The notes under the pieces were generated by a model. That model ran no database searches, had not been told where the DNA came from, and saw only the letters and a program-made list of their open reading frames with translations. DNA of 64,000 nt, taken from positions 47,567 to 111,566 of the forward strand of contig NW_013657617.1 of the NCBI RefSeq assembly GCF_000142905.1. The letters are read 5' to 3'. Positions 25,429 through 35,067 of this stretch are shown here, one piece after another. Position 1 is the first letter of the stretch. The number at the start of each line of letters is the position of its first letter. This DNA is from Thecamonas trahens ATCC 50062 (Eukaryota; Protista; Apusomonadida). The translations under genes and the position numbers were made by a program.

Positions 25429-25725
25429 AGTCCATAGAGAGCCATGATCTTGGCGGTAATGGTGAGCTTGGGAATTTGGATAAGACAGAAAAAATTGGCA
25501 CATCCGTTTCCCCCCCAAAAAAACGTCAGCACGGAACGGATACCCGNNNNNNNNNNNNNNNNNNNNNNNNNNNNNNNNNNNNNNNNNNNNNNNNNNNNNN
25601 NNNNNNNNNNNNNNNNNNNNNNNNNNNNNNNNNNNNNNNNNNNNNNNNNNNNNNNNNNNNNNNNNNNNNNNNNNNNNNNNNNNNNNNNNNNNNNNNNNNN
25701 NNNNNNNNNNNNNNNNNNNNNNNNN

Positions 25726-27930
25726 CGGGTAGAGGCGCGGCCACGGCGAAGTGCCGGCAAGGGCTGTGGCGAGCGCGCCCAAGTGGTCGGCGAGCTCACC
25801 GCTGTCCGCCAGCGTCAGGTAGCCGCCCGAGACAAAGGCATTGTCGATGCGGAGCGGAAAGGCCTCGGCTGTGGTACGCGCCACGAGGCTTGTGGCCAGG
25901 CACTCGAGCGAGGTGGGCACGTACACGGCGAGGACATCTTCCCATCCGAGCGGAGCGCCAGCAATGCGCCCGGCGAGGTGGGCGAGGGTGGCGGCGGTCT
26001 TGACCGCGAGGACAAGCGAGTCGGTGGCGGTGGCGAACGGCGCAAACGACGCCATCTGCAGCTGCTCCAGCATGGCGATGGCCCGGGCATGCGCCTTGCG
26101 CGCGGCATGGACACGAGAGCCGAGGCAAGCCACTCTGGCGGCGGCGGCCCCATCGTCATCACTCCCGACACCGGCGGCAACCACGTCCGGATGCGCAAAG
26201 TATGCGGCGTGCCCGACAACGTCGCGGAGCTCGCCAAAGTGACTCAGCGGCGTGAGCGCGCGCAGCCCGTCCTTGGCGGTGGCGACGGTGGTGGCCATGG
26301 CGGCGCAAAAGGCTTCAAATGGCGAGCGTGCAGCCTTGGCGGCAGCGAGCGCAGCGGCAGCCGAGCTTGGCGATGCTGACGACGCCGTGGCCGAGCGCAG
26401 CGGCGACGCCGGCGGCGATGGGCGCGGCGAGCCTGCACCCGACGGCGGCGTCCGAAGCGCAGCCTTGCGCGAGGCCATGGCCAGAGAGGCCAGCGCCGCC
26501 GGTGAGCCAGAGCGCATGGCGCTCGTCACGGCCAGCCGCGGCGTGACCGGCGCGGCAGCGGCGAGATCACCCGAGGCCACAAAGGCGGCAAGCGCTGGGG
26601 CGTGATCGTCACGGTGTGCGGCGAGCCACGCGGTGAGCCGCGAGGTGAGCTTGCGGAGCGCACGCGCAAGAAGTGCGTCGCGAAAGGCGGCAAGGTGCGG
26701 GCGCGGTGCGTCGGGCGGCGGCGGGTGTGAGGTGAGGAGCGACGAGACGACGTCGACGACAGACTTGAGCTCGGCATGCGAGAGGGTGAACAGCTTGGGT
26801 CCGCGTGCCAGGCTCTGAACCCGCAGCTCGACGATGCGCAGAAGAACGGCGCGCTTCTCGGCCAGAGCTGCAGCATGGTCGTCGTCGAGAACGAGGGCGT
26901 CGAGCTCGTGTGCCAGCGCCAATAACTCGGCCAGTGCGAGCGAGGTCACGTTCTCCGGGAGCGAGACAACAGCTGACGACGGCAGCGAGCCGAGCGTCTC
27001 GCCCACAATCAGCGTGGCGCTGGCGTCGGCAATGGCTGTGGCGAGCGACTCGGCGGCGGCGGAAGCGTCGTCGGGCACAACCAGGATGTAACGTGTGGCG
27101 TCCGAGTCGTGGAACCGCGAGTCGAGTGGCACTGGCGGGCTTGGCACCGGCTGCTGCTGCTGCGGCAGTGCAGCAGACAGATCCAGAGGTGGGACTTGCG
27201 GCGGGAGGCCGGTGGCGGCCGGCGAGAGTGAGGTCTCAGCGACCTCGCCCAGCGACGGCGGCTCGTGCGCACGGGCTTTGGCGTTAGTGTCGGCATCTGC
27301 GTCGTCCGTGGCAGCGGACTCGAGCGTCCACGGCGGTGGAGTAAACAGGGCCCGCTTTGCAGCCGCGAGGCTTCTCGGCGCGTCCTCTGGCGGCCTGTCC
27401 GCCGGCGGCCCTCTTGACGATGGTCTCGGCGACGGCCTCGGCGACGCCCTAGGCGACGGCCTCGGCGAGCGGAGCTGTGACAGCGCGCAGCCCTGGAGCC
27501 AATCCAGCGCGCAGAGGACGTTTGCGAGATCGATGGCAGCCAGTCGCGGGAGCCTCTCTCCGCCGCGCAGCGGTGGCTCTGCTCGCAGGCTCCCCGCCGG
27601 CGCGGCGTTGGCCCGAGCGAGTCGCGAGTTGTGCGTGGCGGGCGGGGCGGATGGGGGGTGGCCGCGGTCGGCAACAAATTGTTTGCCATGGTCATGCCCA
27701 CCCCCCGTCGGTCCACCCGACGCGCCCCCCGCCCCGCCCACCAGTCGGTCGGCGAGGACGGCATGGAGGGCGGCGTGGAGAGCGTCGGCCACGGCACGTC
27801 CACCGAGTCCGCGGCCGGACGCCGGCACGGTTGCGGTGAGGGCCGAGAGCAGAGCAGCAGTGTCGGTGGCTGTGAGGACGTGTCGTGGTGGCCGTGCCCG
27901 CCCCCGCAAGCGAGAGCCGCGTCCGCCCAT
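25726..27930 (-). CDS. Hypothetical Ala/Pro-rich protein, 3' end lost in the assembly gap; possible N-myristoylation (MGGRGS)
   Basis: Long open frame with GC3-biased codons, starting after a C-rich leader and running into the N gap at 25547-25725. No family recognised. Confidence 0.6.
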
Positions 27931-28042
27931 GCTGGAGGCTGTGTGTATGTGTGTGGGGGGGGGGGAGGGGGGGGGGGGGGGGGTGTCCTTCGGGGACAAT
28001 CGTTGGCTTTTGACAGTTGCAGAATAATGGTTGGCCAACGAT

Positions 28043-28683
28043 TGTGAGGGGAATAATCGATGGTCATTGATGGTTGTTGTTGGGCTGTGAGGGGAATAAT
28101 CGATGGTCATTGATGGTTGTTGGTGGGCTGTGAGGGGAATAATCGATGGTCATTGATGGTTGTTGGTGGGCTGTGAGGGGAATAATCGATGGTCATTGAT
28201 GGTTGTTGGTGGGCTGTGAGGGGAATAATCGATGGTCATTGATGGTTGTTGTTGGGCTGTGAGGGGAATAATCGATGGTCATTGATGGTTGTTGGTGGGC
28301 TGTGAGGGGAATAATCGATGGTCATTGATGGTTGTTGGTGGGCTGTGAGGGGAATAATCGATGGTCATTGATGGTTGTTGGTGGGCTGTGAGGGGAATAA
28401 TCGATGGTCATTGATGGTTGTTGGTGGGCTGTGAGGGGAATAATCGATGGTCATTGATGGTTGTTGGTGGGCTGTGAGGGGAATAATCGATGGTCATTGA
28501 TGGTTGTTGGTGGGCTGTGAGGGGAATAATCGATGGTCATTGATGGTTGTTGGTGGGCTGTGAGGGGAATAATCGATGGTCATTGATGGTTGTTGGTGGG
28601 CTGTGAGGGGAATAATCGATGGTCATTGATGGTTGTTGGTGGGCTGTGAGGGGAATAATCGATGGTCATTGATGGTTGTTGTT
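28043..28683. repeat. Minisatellite, 43-bp unit TGTGAGGGGAATAATCGATGGTCATTGATGGTTGTTGGTGGGC, ~15 copies
   Basis: Unit starts at 28043 and recurs every 43 bp to 28645. Copies are near-perfect, with occasional gttgttgtt variants. No spacers. Confidence 0.97.
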
Positions 28684-28785
28684 AGTCCCCCTCCCCCCCC
28701 CCATGTGCGACCCCTTCCCCCTCCTTCCCTCCCTCCCTCCACCCCCCTCCCCCTCCCCACCACCACTCCTCCCCACCTCCCCACC

Positions 28786-29035
28786 ATGCGCAAGTGCTCG
28801 ATATGCGGGCGTGACCAGGACTCCTCGGCCTTCTCCAAGTCGCAGTGGAAGAAGGGCACAGCAGCAAAGTGCCGGACGTGCGTGGCCTCTCCCCCGCCTG
28901 CCTCCCTCCCAGCTGCCGACCACGAGCCCGTGCCTCCCGCTGCTGCTCCTGCTCCTGCTCCCGCTGCTCCTGCTCCTGCTCCTGCTCCCGCTGCTCCTGC
29001 TCCTGCTCCTGCTCCCGCTTCCGCCACTGCTCCCG

Positions 29036-29066
<31 letters not shown>

Positions 29067-31080
29067 CGCTGCTCCCGCTGCTCCCGCTGCTACTCCGATG
29101 TCCAGTGCCGGTGAGGACCGAGCTGACGATGGTGCTGATGATGCTGATGCCAAGCCTGCTGAGCCCGAGGTCGAGACTGAGGACGGAGCTGATACCGATG
29201 ATGACGGAGCTGATGATAGTGCTGATGACGGTGCTGATAATGCTGATGCTGAGCCTGCTGAGCCCGAGGCCCAGTCTGACGTCGATGCTGATGCTGATGC
29301 TGAGCCTGCTGAGCCTGCTGAGCATGCTGAGCCCGAGGCCCAGTCTGACGCCGATATTGGTGCTGAGCCTGTTTCCGAGCCCGAGTCCAAGGTTGATACT
29401 TATGCTGATGACAGCACTAGTGCCGAGCCTGAGCCCGAGGCGGATACTGGCCTCGCCAAGCCTAACCAGACGGTCGTGTCGTCCACCGCCGACTCCACTC
29501 CTGTTGTCTCCACCTCGGGCTCTGCCGAACCCGAGGCTGAGCCCGAGTCGACCGAGTCGGCTGAGAACTCTTCTACTGGCGACGATGCCGCTGGCGTCGC
29601 CCCGCACCCTCGCCGCCGCAAGCGCCACGTCCGTGTCCGCAAGAAGCGCAAGGCTAAGGGCAAGTCCGCTGCTGCTCCTGCATCCGAACTCGAGCCCACT
29701 CCCACCCCCAAGACCAAGAGCAAGAGCAAGACCAAGGTCAGGGCCAAGGGCAAGGTCAAGGCCAAGACCAAGAGCAAGACCAAGGTGAAAACCAAGACCA
29801 AGACCAAGACCAAGACCAAGACCAAGACCAAGAGCCGCCCGCCTGCGCCCGCATCCGCGCCCAACAAAGGCAAGGACGAGGACTCGCAGAGCTCTGCCGA
29901 TGAGGTCGTCGCTGCACCGCCGCCGCCGCCGCGCTCGGTCTCGGCCGCTGCGCAGTCGCCAGACGGCGACAGCGTGCCTGTTGTTCCGGGCGTCGCGCCC
30001 GAGCTGGTGCTCAAGTACATGCAGACGCCGCTGGATCTCACCCGCGAGGAGCACGTGGCCACATTCCCGCAGTCGTGGGCCGCTGCTGCATCGGCTGTCG
30101 GTGGTGGCAAGCTCCCGCGCTATGCACTCCTCCCACACACGTATACCTCGTTCTGGCGGCCGGCGCCGCCGGCGCCGCCGACGGCTACAGCGCAGGAAAA
30201 GGCGCGCGTCTTTGCGCTGCGTCCGACCAAGGGCGCAGCCACCCCGAAGGCGGCCAACACTCTCCGCCTCGCCACCTACAACGTGCTTGCGTCCGACTAC
30301 GGTGGCGCCGTCCGCGTCGGTGCCGTTTGTGACGTCCTCTGTGACATGGTCGACGCCACCGACGTCGTTGCCCTCCAGGGCGTGACCAAGGCCATGCTCG
30401 CCGGCCTCCTCGCCCGCCCACGGCTGCAGGACGCGTACTTTGTGTCGGACATCGACGGCTCGACCGTCGTCGGTACGCCCGGCGGCGGACTTGTTCTCTT
30501 CTCCAAGTACCCGCTGCAGAAGATGGTCCTCCACACTCTGCCCGCCAACGGCCGCCTCCTCCTCGCCACGCTTGTCCTCAACTCGCGCAAGTTTGCCGTC
30601 GCCAACCTCCATCTCCCGTCGTCTGTCGCCGCCGAAGTCGATGCTGGCCTCTACGCCGCCTTTACCAAGCTCATCCCCTTCCACGACGCCCTCGTTGCCG
30701 CAGCCTTTTCCCCCGCCGCCGACCCGGCCGCCCTTCCGTTCACCTACGGTGACGTGTGGAAGCTGCTGGCAACCGACGACCCGGGCTTCACCTACAACCC
30801 GGCGTCCAACGCCATGGCCGCCCATCTTGCTTCCGAGGACGCATCGTCACCACCGCCCGCTTCCCGTCCAGACAGGCTGCTCTTCCGCTCCGCTGGCGGC
30901 CTGTGGACGCCGGTCGCCGGAGGCCTCGTCGGCACCGTCCCCGTCCCCGAGTACGCCCATCTCCTGCCCTCGACCCACTACGCGCTCCACGCCACTTTTG
31001 CCACCACCGACCCGGCCGTCGACGACCTCGTCGCCAAGGCCCGCAAAAAGGCCAACGCCGGCGGATGCTCGGTGATGTGA
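28786..31080 (+). CDS. Stc1-like Zn finger + low-complexity linker + degenerate EEP (TDP2-like endonuclease/exonuclease/phosphatase) domain + C-terminal CaaX
   Basis: KCSICGRDQDSSAFSKSQWKKGTAAKCRTC; LRLATYNVL, DVVALQGV, ANLHL, PGFTYNP..N, RPDRLLF, PSTHY; ends in CSVM. ATG in ccaccATG context. Confidence 0.8.
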
Positions 31081-31109
31081 AGTAAAGCTCTCTAGCTAGC
31101 TAGCTTGTG

Positions 31110-33848
31110 TTACCGAAAGTCGGCGTCGTCGGCGTTGCGGGCGACGATGGCCGCGGGCGGCGGAGGCGGGAGCGGCGGCGGAGCGAGCTCGGGCTCGGCC
31201 ACCACCGTCCACTCGGGCCGGACGTGCGAGGCGGCGCCCCAAAGGTAGAGGCACTGCGGGAGGCCGCGCTTACTCGGCTCGCGCGCGTCCGGCAGTAGCG
31301 TCGTTATCATCTCCTGCAGATCCGTCGGCCGATCGGCCTTGCCGGCAAAGTCAAAGATGACGTCGCACGACCGCTGGTGCCGGAGGTTGAGCTTCTCCTG
31401 CGGCGCGCGACGAAAGACGAGGCACGTGTCGTGCGCCGCCCGCAAAAGGCCACTGCTGCTGCCGGTGATGCGGTGGCCCCGGTCGGAGAGGACCACGGCC
31501 ACGTTCTCCACGTACTTGGCCGCCCACTGCGTCTCCACAAGAAAGAGGACTTGAGGGAGCAGCGCCTTGGGCACCCACACGCAGAGCATGCCCTTGGGAA
31601 AGAGCTTGGCCGTCAGGCCGAGCCGCTCCACCACCCGCCGTGGCGTCAGCCCATCGCGGCCCCACGGCGGATCCATGATCACCGCCGAGTAGCTCGCGCC
31701 GTCGGCTTCGAGCGCCGCGAGCGTTCGCGCGCCAAAGTACAGCGGCGCGCCGACGGCGCCGCCTGGCGCCACCATCGGCCGCACCTGCCGCGCAAACTTG
31801 GCCACCACGCGCTCGACCTTGACATCGCCCGCCCGCCCGCGCGAGCTCGAGCTAGCGCTCGACCGCGACTTGCTCCTGTTGCTCTTCTTCCATCCGCCGA
31901 CCTGCGATCGCAGCTGCTCGCGCCGCCGCCCGCCGCTGCTTCCGGTGCCCCACCTCGCACCGCCTTTCTCGCTCGCCGCCAGCGCCTCCCACAGGCTCCG
32001 CCGGAACTCGAGCGAGTCGGCGACAGCTTGGACTGGATCGCGGTTCCGACGCTGGACCATGGTCCGCTGAACCGCGGCCTCAGCTTCGGCTGCTACCTCG
32101 GCCGCCGTCATCGTCGCCGGAATGAGCGCGCCCACCAAGCCAAAGTTGCGGACGCCGGTCGCTCCGCCCTCGAGCTTCCTCGCCCGCTTGGCCGGTCGCG
32201 CTGCGGTCTCGGTTCCGTCCTCGCCGTCCTCGTCGGGCACGTAGTACGTCACAAGGTCCTCTAACGTCCGCTTGAGCGTCGCGCCGTGCTTGCGAAGCGA
32301 GGGCAGCGAGGTCGACGCCGCGGCTATTGCTGCCGCCGCTCCCATCGCGCCCTTGCGCGAGCTCGACCCGCTGCTCCGCTGCTTGGTCGCCTGGCCAAAG
32401 GTGCTCGAGAGCTGGCAGAGCTCAGTGATGAAGCCGTCGACCTTGGCCTCGAGCGCCAGGCCCTCGGGCGTGTTCCACACCGGCGCGAGCTCGAACCAGT
32501 CCGGCTCGGCCTGCTGCGCACAAAACGCAGAGCTGGTGGCAATCTCGCGCGAGAGGTGAACCAGCTTGCCGTCGTCGGTCATCACGTACTCGTCAGTCTT
32601 GATCTTGCCGGCCTTGACCAGCCGCCGGTAGTGGTTGGCGCACTGGTAGCCAACTCGCCGCGGCAGGACTTTGGAGAAGATGCCCCACAGCGAGCCGATG
32701 CGCAAGCCGCGCTCCTTAAACTCGGCCATCCGTGCAGCAAACGCAGCCTCCTCGGCCGTGCTCCACTTGCCGTTCACCTGCGTCTCGTCGATGTCCGTCA
32801 GCCGGTAGTAGAACGCGTCCGGGCACTCGCGCCGTCGCCGCCATGCCCGCACCCGTGCCACGCTCCACTTGGCCACGTTAGTCTTCTGATACACCGCCCC
32901 GAGCCCAACCACGTCGTTCTTGCTCCCGTCGGCCACCTCCATCGTCACTCGCGTCGACTCTGCCACCACCCGGGACTTTGACTTGCCCTTGCCCTTGCCG
33001 TTGACCTTCTTGCTCGTGCCCTTGCCCTTGCCGTTGACCTTCTTGCTCGTGACCTTGCTCTTGCCGTTGACCTTGTTACCCGTGTCATTGCCCTTGCCCT
33101 TGGGCGAGCCAGCCCGACCCAGCTCGGGCGTTGCCGCCGCTGCCGCCGCATCCCGCACCGCCGTCCAGCTCTTCTCCTCATCCCGGCTCTTCTCAGCCTT
33201 TTCCTCCTCTGCATCAAGCATATCCCATGCCGAGTTGTCTACCTGGAGCGCTGCTGTCGTTGCAGAGGCGTTGGTGGTCACCGACGCCTTGGCCGATGCT
33301 CGCGACTTGGCCGATCTCCGAGACTTGCTCGACGTGCTCGACATGCTCGACGTGCTCGACGTGCTTGACGTGCTCGACGTGGTCGACGCGCCCAACTTGC
33401 TCGACGCGCCCGCCGACCTTTCGGCCGCAGCCAGCCACCCGGTGATGGTGCCAGAGCCGGCCGAGGCCGATCGAGTCGCTGCGGCCCGTGTCGATGCCGG
33501 GCGCTGGCGAGCGGTAGATTCCACGACCTTTTTCGCCTCTGGCCCGAGCCGGGGCGTCTCCGGCTCTGCGGCCCAGAGGGCGACTGCGGGCGGTGCTGCC
33601 GAGCCCATGCGCGTCGGAGACGTTTCACCATAGCCTCCGTCCCCATGCGTGCTTGCCCGGTGCTGCGGTGTGACATGCGTCCGTACCGCCGTCTCGGACG
33701 CTCCCACTCCGCCGTCGCCTAGGCTCCGGCCGGCCAACCAACTGCGACCTTTTGCTCCGCTCCCGCCACTGCTCGCCACCTGCCCAACCTCTCCCACGCT
33801 CCCTGCGAGCGTCCGCCGCAGGTTGCGTGACGCCAACCGCAGTCGCAT
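31110..33848 (-). CDS. Myb/HTH (p1/AMTP1-like) + MT-A70 family N6-adenine methyltransferase (MTA9/AMT6-7-like) fusion
   Basis: AFYYRL..Q.NGKWSTAEEAAF...WGIFSKVLPRRVGYQCANHYRRLV at ~32555-32880. SAVIMDPPW (DPPW at 31662-31673), GMLCVWV, KYVENV, LRHQRSCDVIFD, MITTLLP and LYLWG at ~31200-31740. Single open frame. Start uncertain (33848 or further upstream, up to 34088). Confidence 0.8.
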   Translation of the reverse strand: MRLRLASRNLRRTLAGSVGEVGQVASSGGSGAKGRSWLAGRSLGDGGVGASETAVRTHVTPQHRASTHGDGGYGETSPTRMGSAAPPAVALWAAEPETPRLGPEAKKVVESTARQRPASTRAAATRSASAGSGTITGWLAAAERSAGASSKLGASTTSSTSSTSSTSSMSSTSSKSRRSAKSRASAKASVTTNASATTAALQVDNSAWDMLDAEEEKAEKSRDEEKSWTAVRDAAAAAATPELGRAGSPKGKGNDTGNKVNGKSKVTSKKVNGKGKGTSKKVNGKGKGKSKSRVVAESTRVTMEVADGSKNDVVGLGAVYQKTNVAKWSVARVRAWRRRRECPDAFYYRLTDIDETQVNGKWSTAEEAAFAARMAEFKERGLRIGSLWGIFSKVLPRRVGYQCANHYRRLVKAGKIKTDEYVMTDDGKLVHLSREIATSSAFCAQQAEPDWFELAPVWNTPEGLALEAKVDGFITELCQLSSTFGQATKQRSSGSSSRKGAMGAAAAIAAASTSLPSLRKHGATLKRTLEDLVTYYVPDEDGEDGTETAARPAKRARKLEGGATGVRNFGLVGALIPATMTAAEVAAEAEAAVQRTMVQRRNRDPVQAVADSLEFRRSLWEALAASEKGGARWGTGSSGGRRREQLRSQVGGWKKSNRSKSRSSASSSSRGRAGDVKVERVVAKFARQVRPMVAPGGAVGAPLYFGARTLAALEADGASYSAVIMDPPWGRDGLTPRRVVERLGLTAKLFPKGMLCVWVPKALLPQVLFLVETQWAAKYVENVAVVLSDRGHRITGSSSGLLRAAHDTCLVFRRAPQEKLNLRHQRSCDVIFDFAGKADRPTDLQEMITTLLPDAREPSKRGLPQCLYLWGAASHVRPEWTVVAEPELAPPPLPPPPPAAIVARNADDADFR

Positions 33849-34084
33849 CGCTCTCACGGCTCTTGTCGTCGAGTGTGCTCGTCTGCTGCCGAGACGGGGC
33901 CTCACCTGGCCGCTGTTCCTCACCGCCTCGCCTGTGATCGTGGCCATGATCGTCAACGTGATCGCGATTGCGATCGCGATCATGATCACCTTCGCCTTCT
34001 CCTCGTCGCCCTGGCCAGCGCCATGCGTCGGCTGCTGCGGCACGATGGATGCGACACCAACGGCGTTATGCCCTGTATTATGAG

Positions 34085-34716
34085 TCACATCATGGTATCA
34101 GCCTCACCCATCTTCTGCTCGACGTCCATGTCGTCGTCCATGTTGTCGCCTACTCGGCTGATGATGCCCCTCGAGAGACTCGACGCGGTGCGCCGGTGCG
34201 TCGTTGCCAATGCAATCAAGCACATCTTCAGCGGCGGCCCTCTCGGGGCGAGGCAGTGCTGCCGAACCGAATTTCCCCACTCGGCGCCTTCCACAATCAT
34301 CGCTCGCACCATCTCGGCAGACTTCTCCTGTTCTGTTGCCGTCCCATCGACGTACGCCGTCCACAATCATCGCTCGCACCATCTCGGCAGACTTCTCCTG
34401 TTCTGTTGCCGTCCCATCGACGTACGCCGCGATCAGGACGGAAGAGTGTGATCTTCTTCATCCCCGTCTCCGTTCGCTTTACGCTCAACCGGTGTGAGCG
34501 GTAGCAGGACGGAAGAGTGTGATCTTCTTCATCCCCGTCTCCGTTCGCTTTACGCTCAACCGGTGTGCTTACGCAGACCGAGTCTGAAGCAGACCACCAG
34601 ACCATGGCGCATGATCCTCCAGCGCGACTTGCTCTTATCAGAGTGGCGTTCAATCGAGCTACCCATGCAGGACCGTGACTCCGACCGTGCAGAGCGCAGA
34701 CGATCGAGGTTCTCAC
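34085..34716 (-). pseudogene. Degraded inverted fragment resembling the C-terminal domain of the adjacent Cys-rich membrane protein
   Basis: AYVDGTATEQEKSAEMVRAMIVEGAE aligns with AFVDGSVTDQAHSPQMVRAMMVNGAE (~38675-38750). Frameshifts and internal tandem duplications are present. Confidence 0.7.
34290..34567. repeat. Two adjacent tandem duplications (70 bp x2 at 34290-34429; 63 bp x2 at 34434-34496 and 34505-34567)
   Basis: Exact duplicated text with periods of 70 and 71 bp. Confidence 0.93.
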
Positions 34717-35067
34717 GACAAACTTGGAGCTGGTTTCGTCGAACGCGCCTTTGGCCAGGACCTCCCCCCTCTCCTCCCCTCCCGACTACACACATCTGGC
34801 CTGTATGCATATTTTCGCCCACCCCACTCGTAGTAAATAATACCACAACGTTCAGCCAAGCACGTGACCCCCTTTCTGTCTCCACCACCACGGCACTTCG
34901 TCAGCACGCGTTCGCCACACGCTACAGAGCACACGTTTGTATTCCTCTCTCTCCCTCTCTCTCTCTCTCTCCCCCCCCCCCCCCATACCCCCTCCCTCGC
35001 ACCACATAGCATATTGCACAGCTGTACACACCATCTTCTTTCCTTTATCTCTCTCGCCAGAGTAGGC

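Noticed and set aside
23413-28110. Single 1565-aa protein spanning the N gap
   Set aside because: Frame continuity across 179 Ns is arbitrary. 25200-25546 looks non-coding and the listed start lies inside the minisatellite.
28043-28683. CRISPR array
   Set aside because: Units are contiguous with no unique spacers, there are no cas genes, and the context is eukaryotic.
28786-33848. Restriction-modification-like nuclease/methylase pair
   Set aside because: The EEP domain lacks catalytic residues and has a CaaX anchor. Adjacency in a compact eukaryotic genome is weak evidence of shared function.
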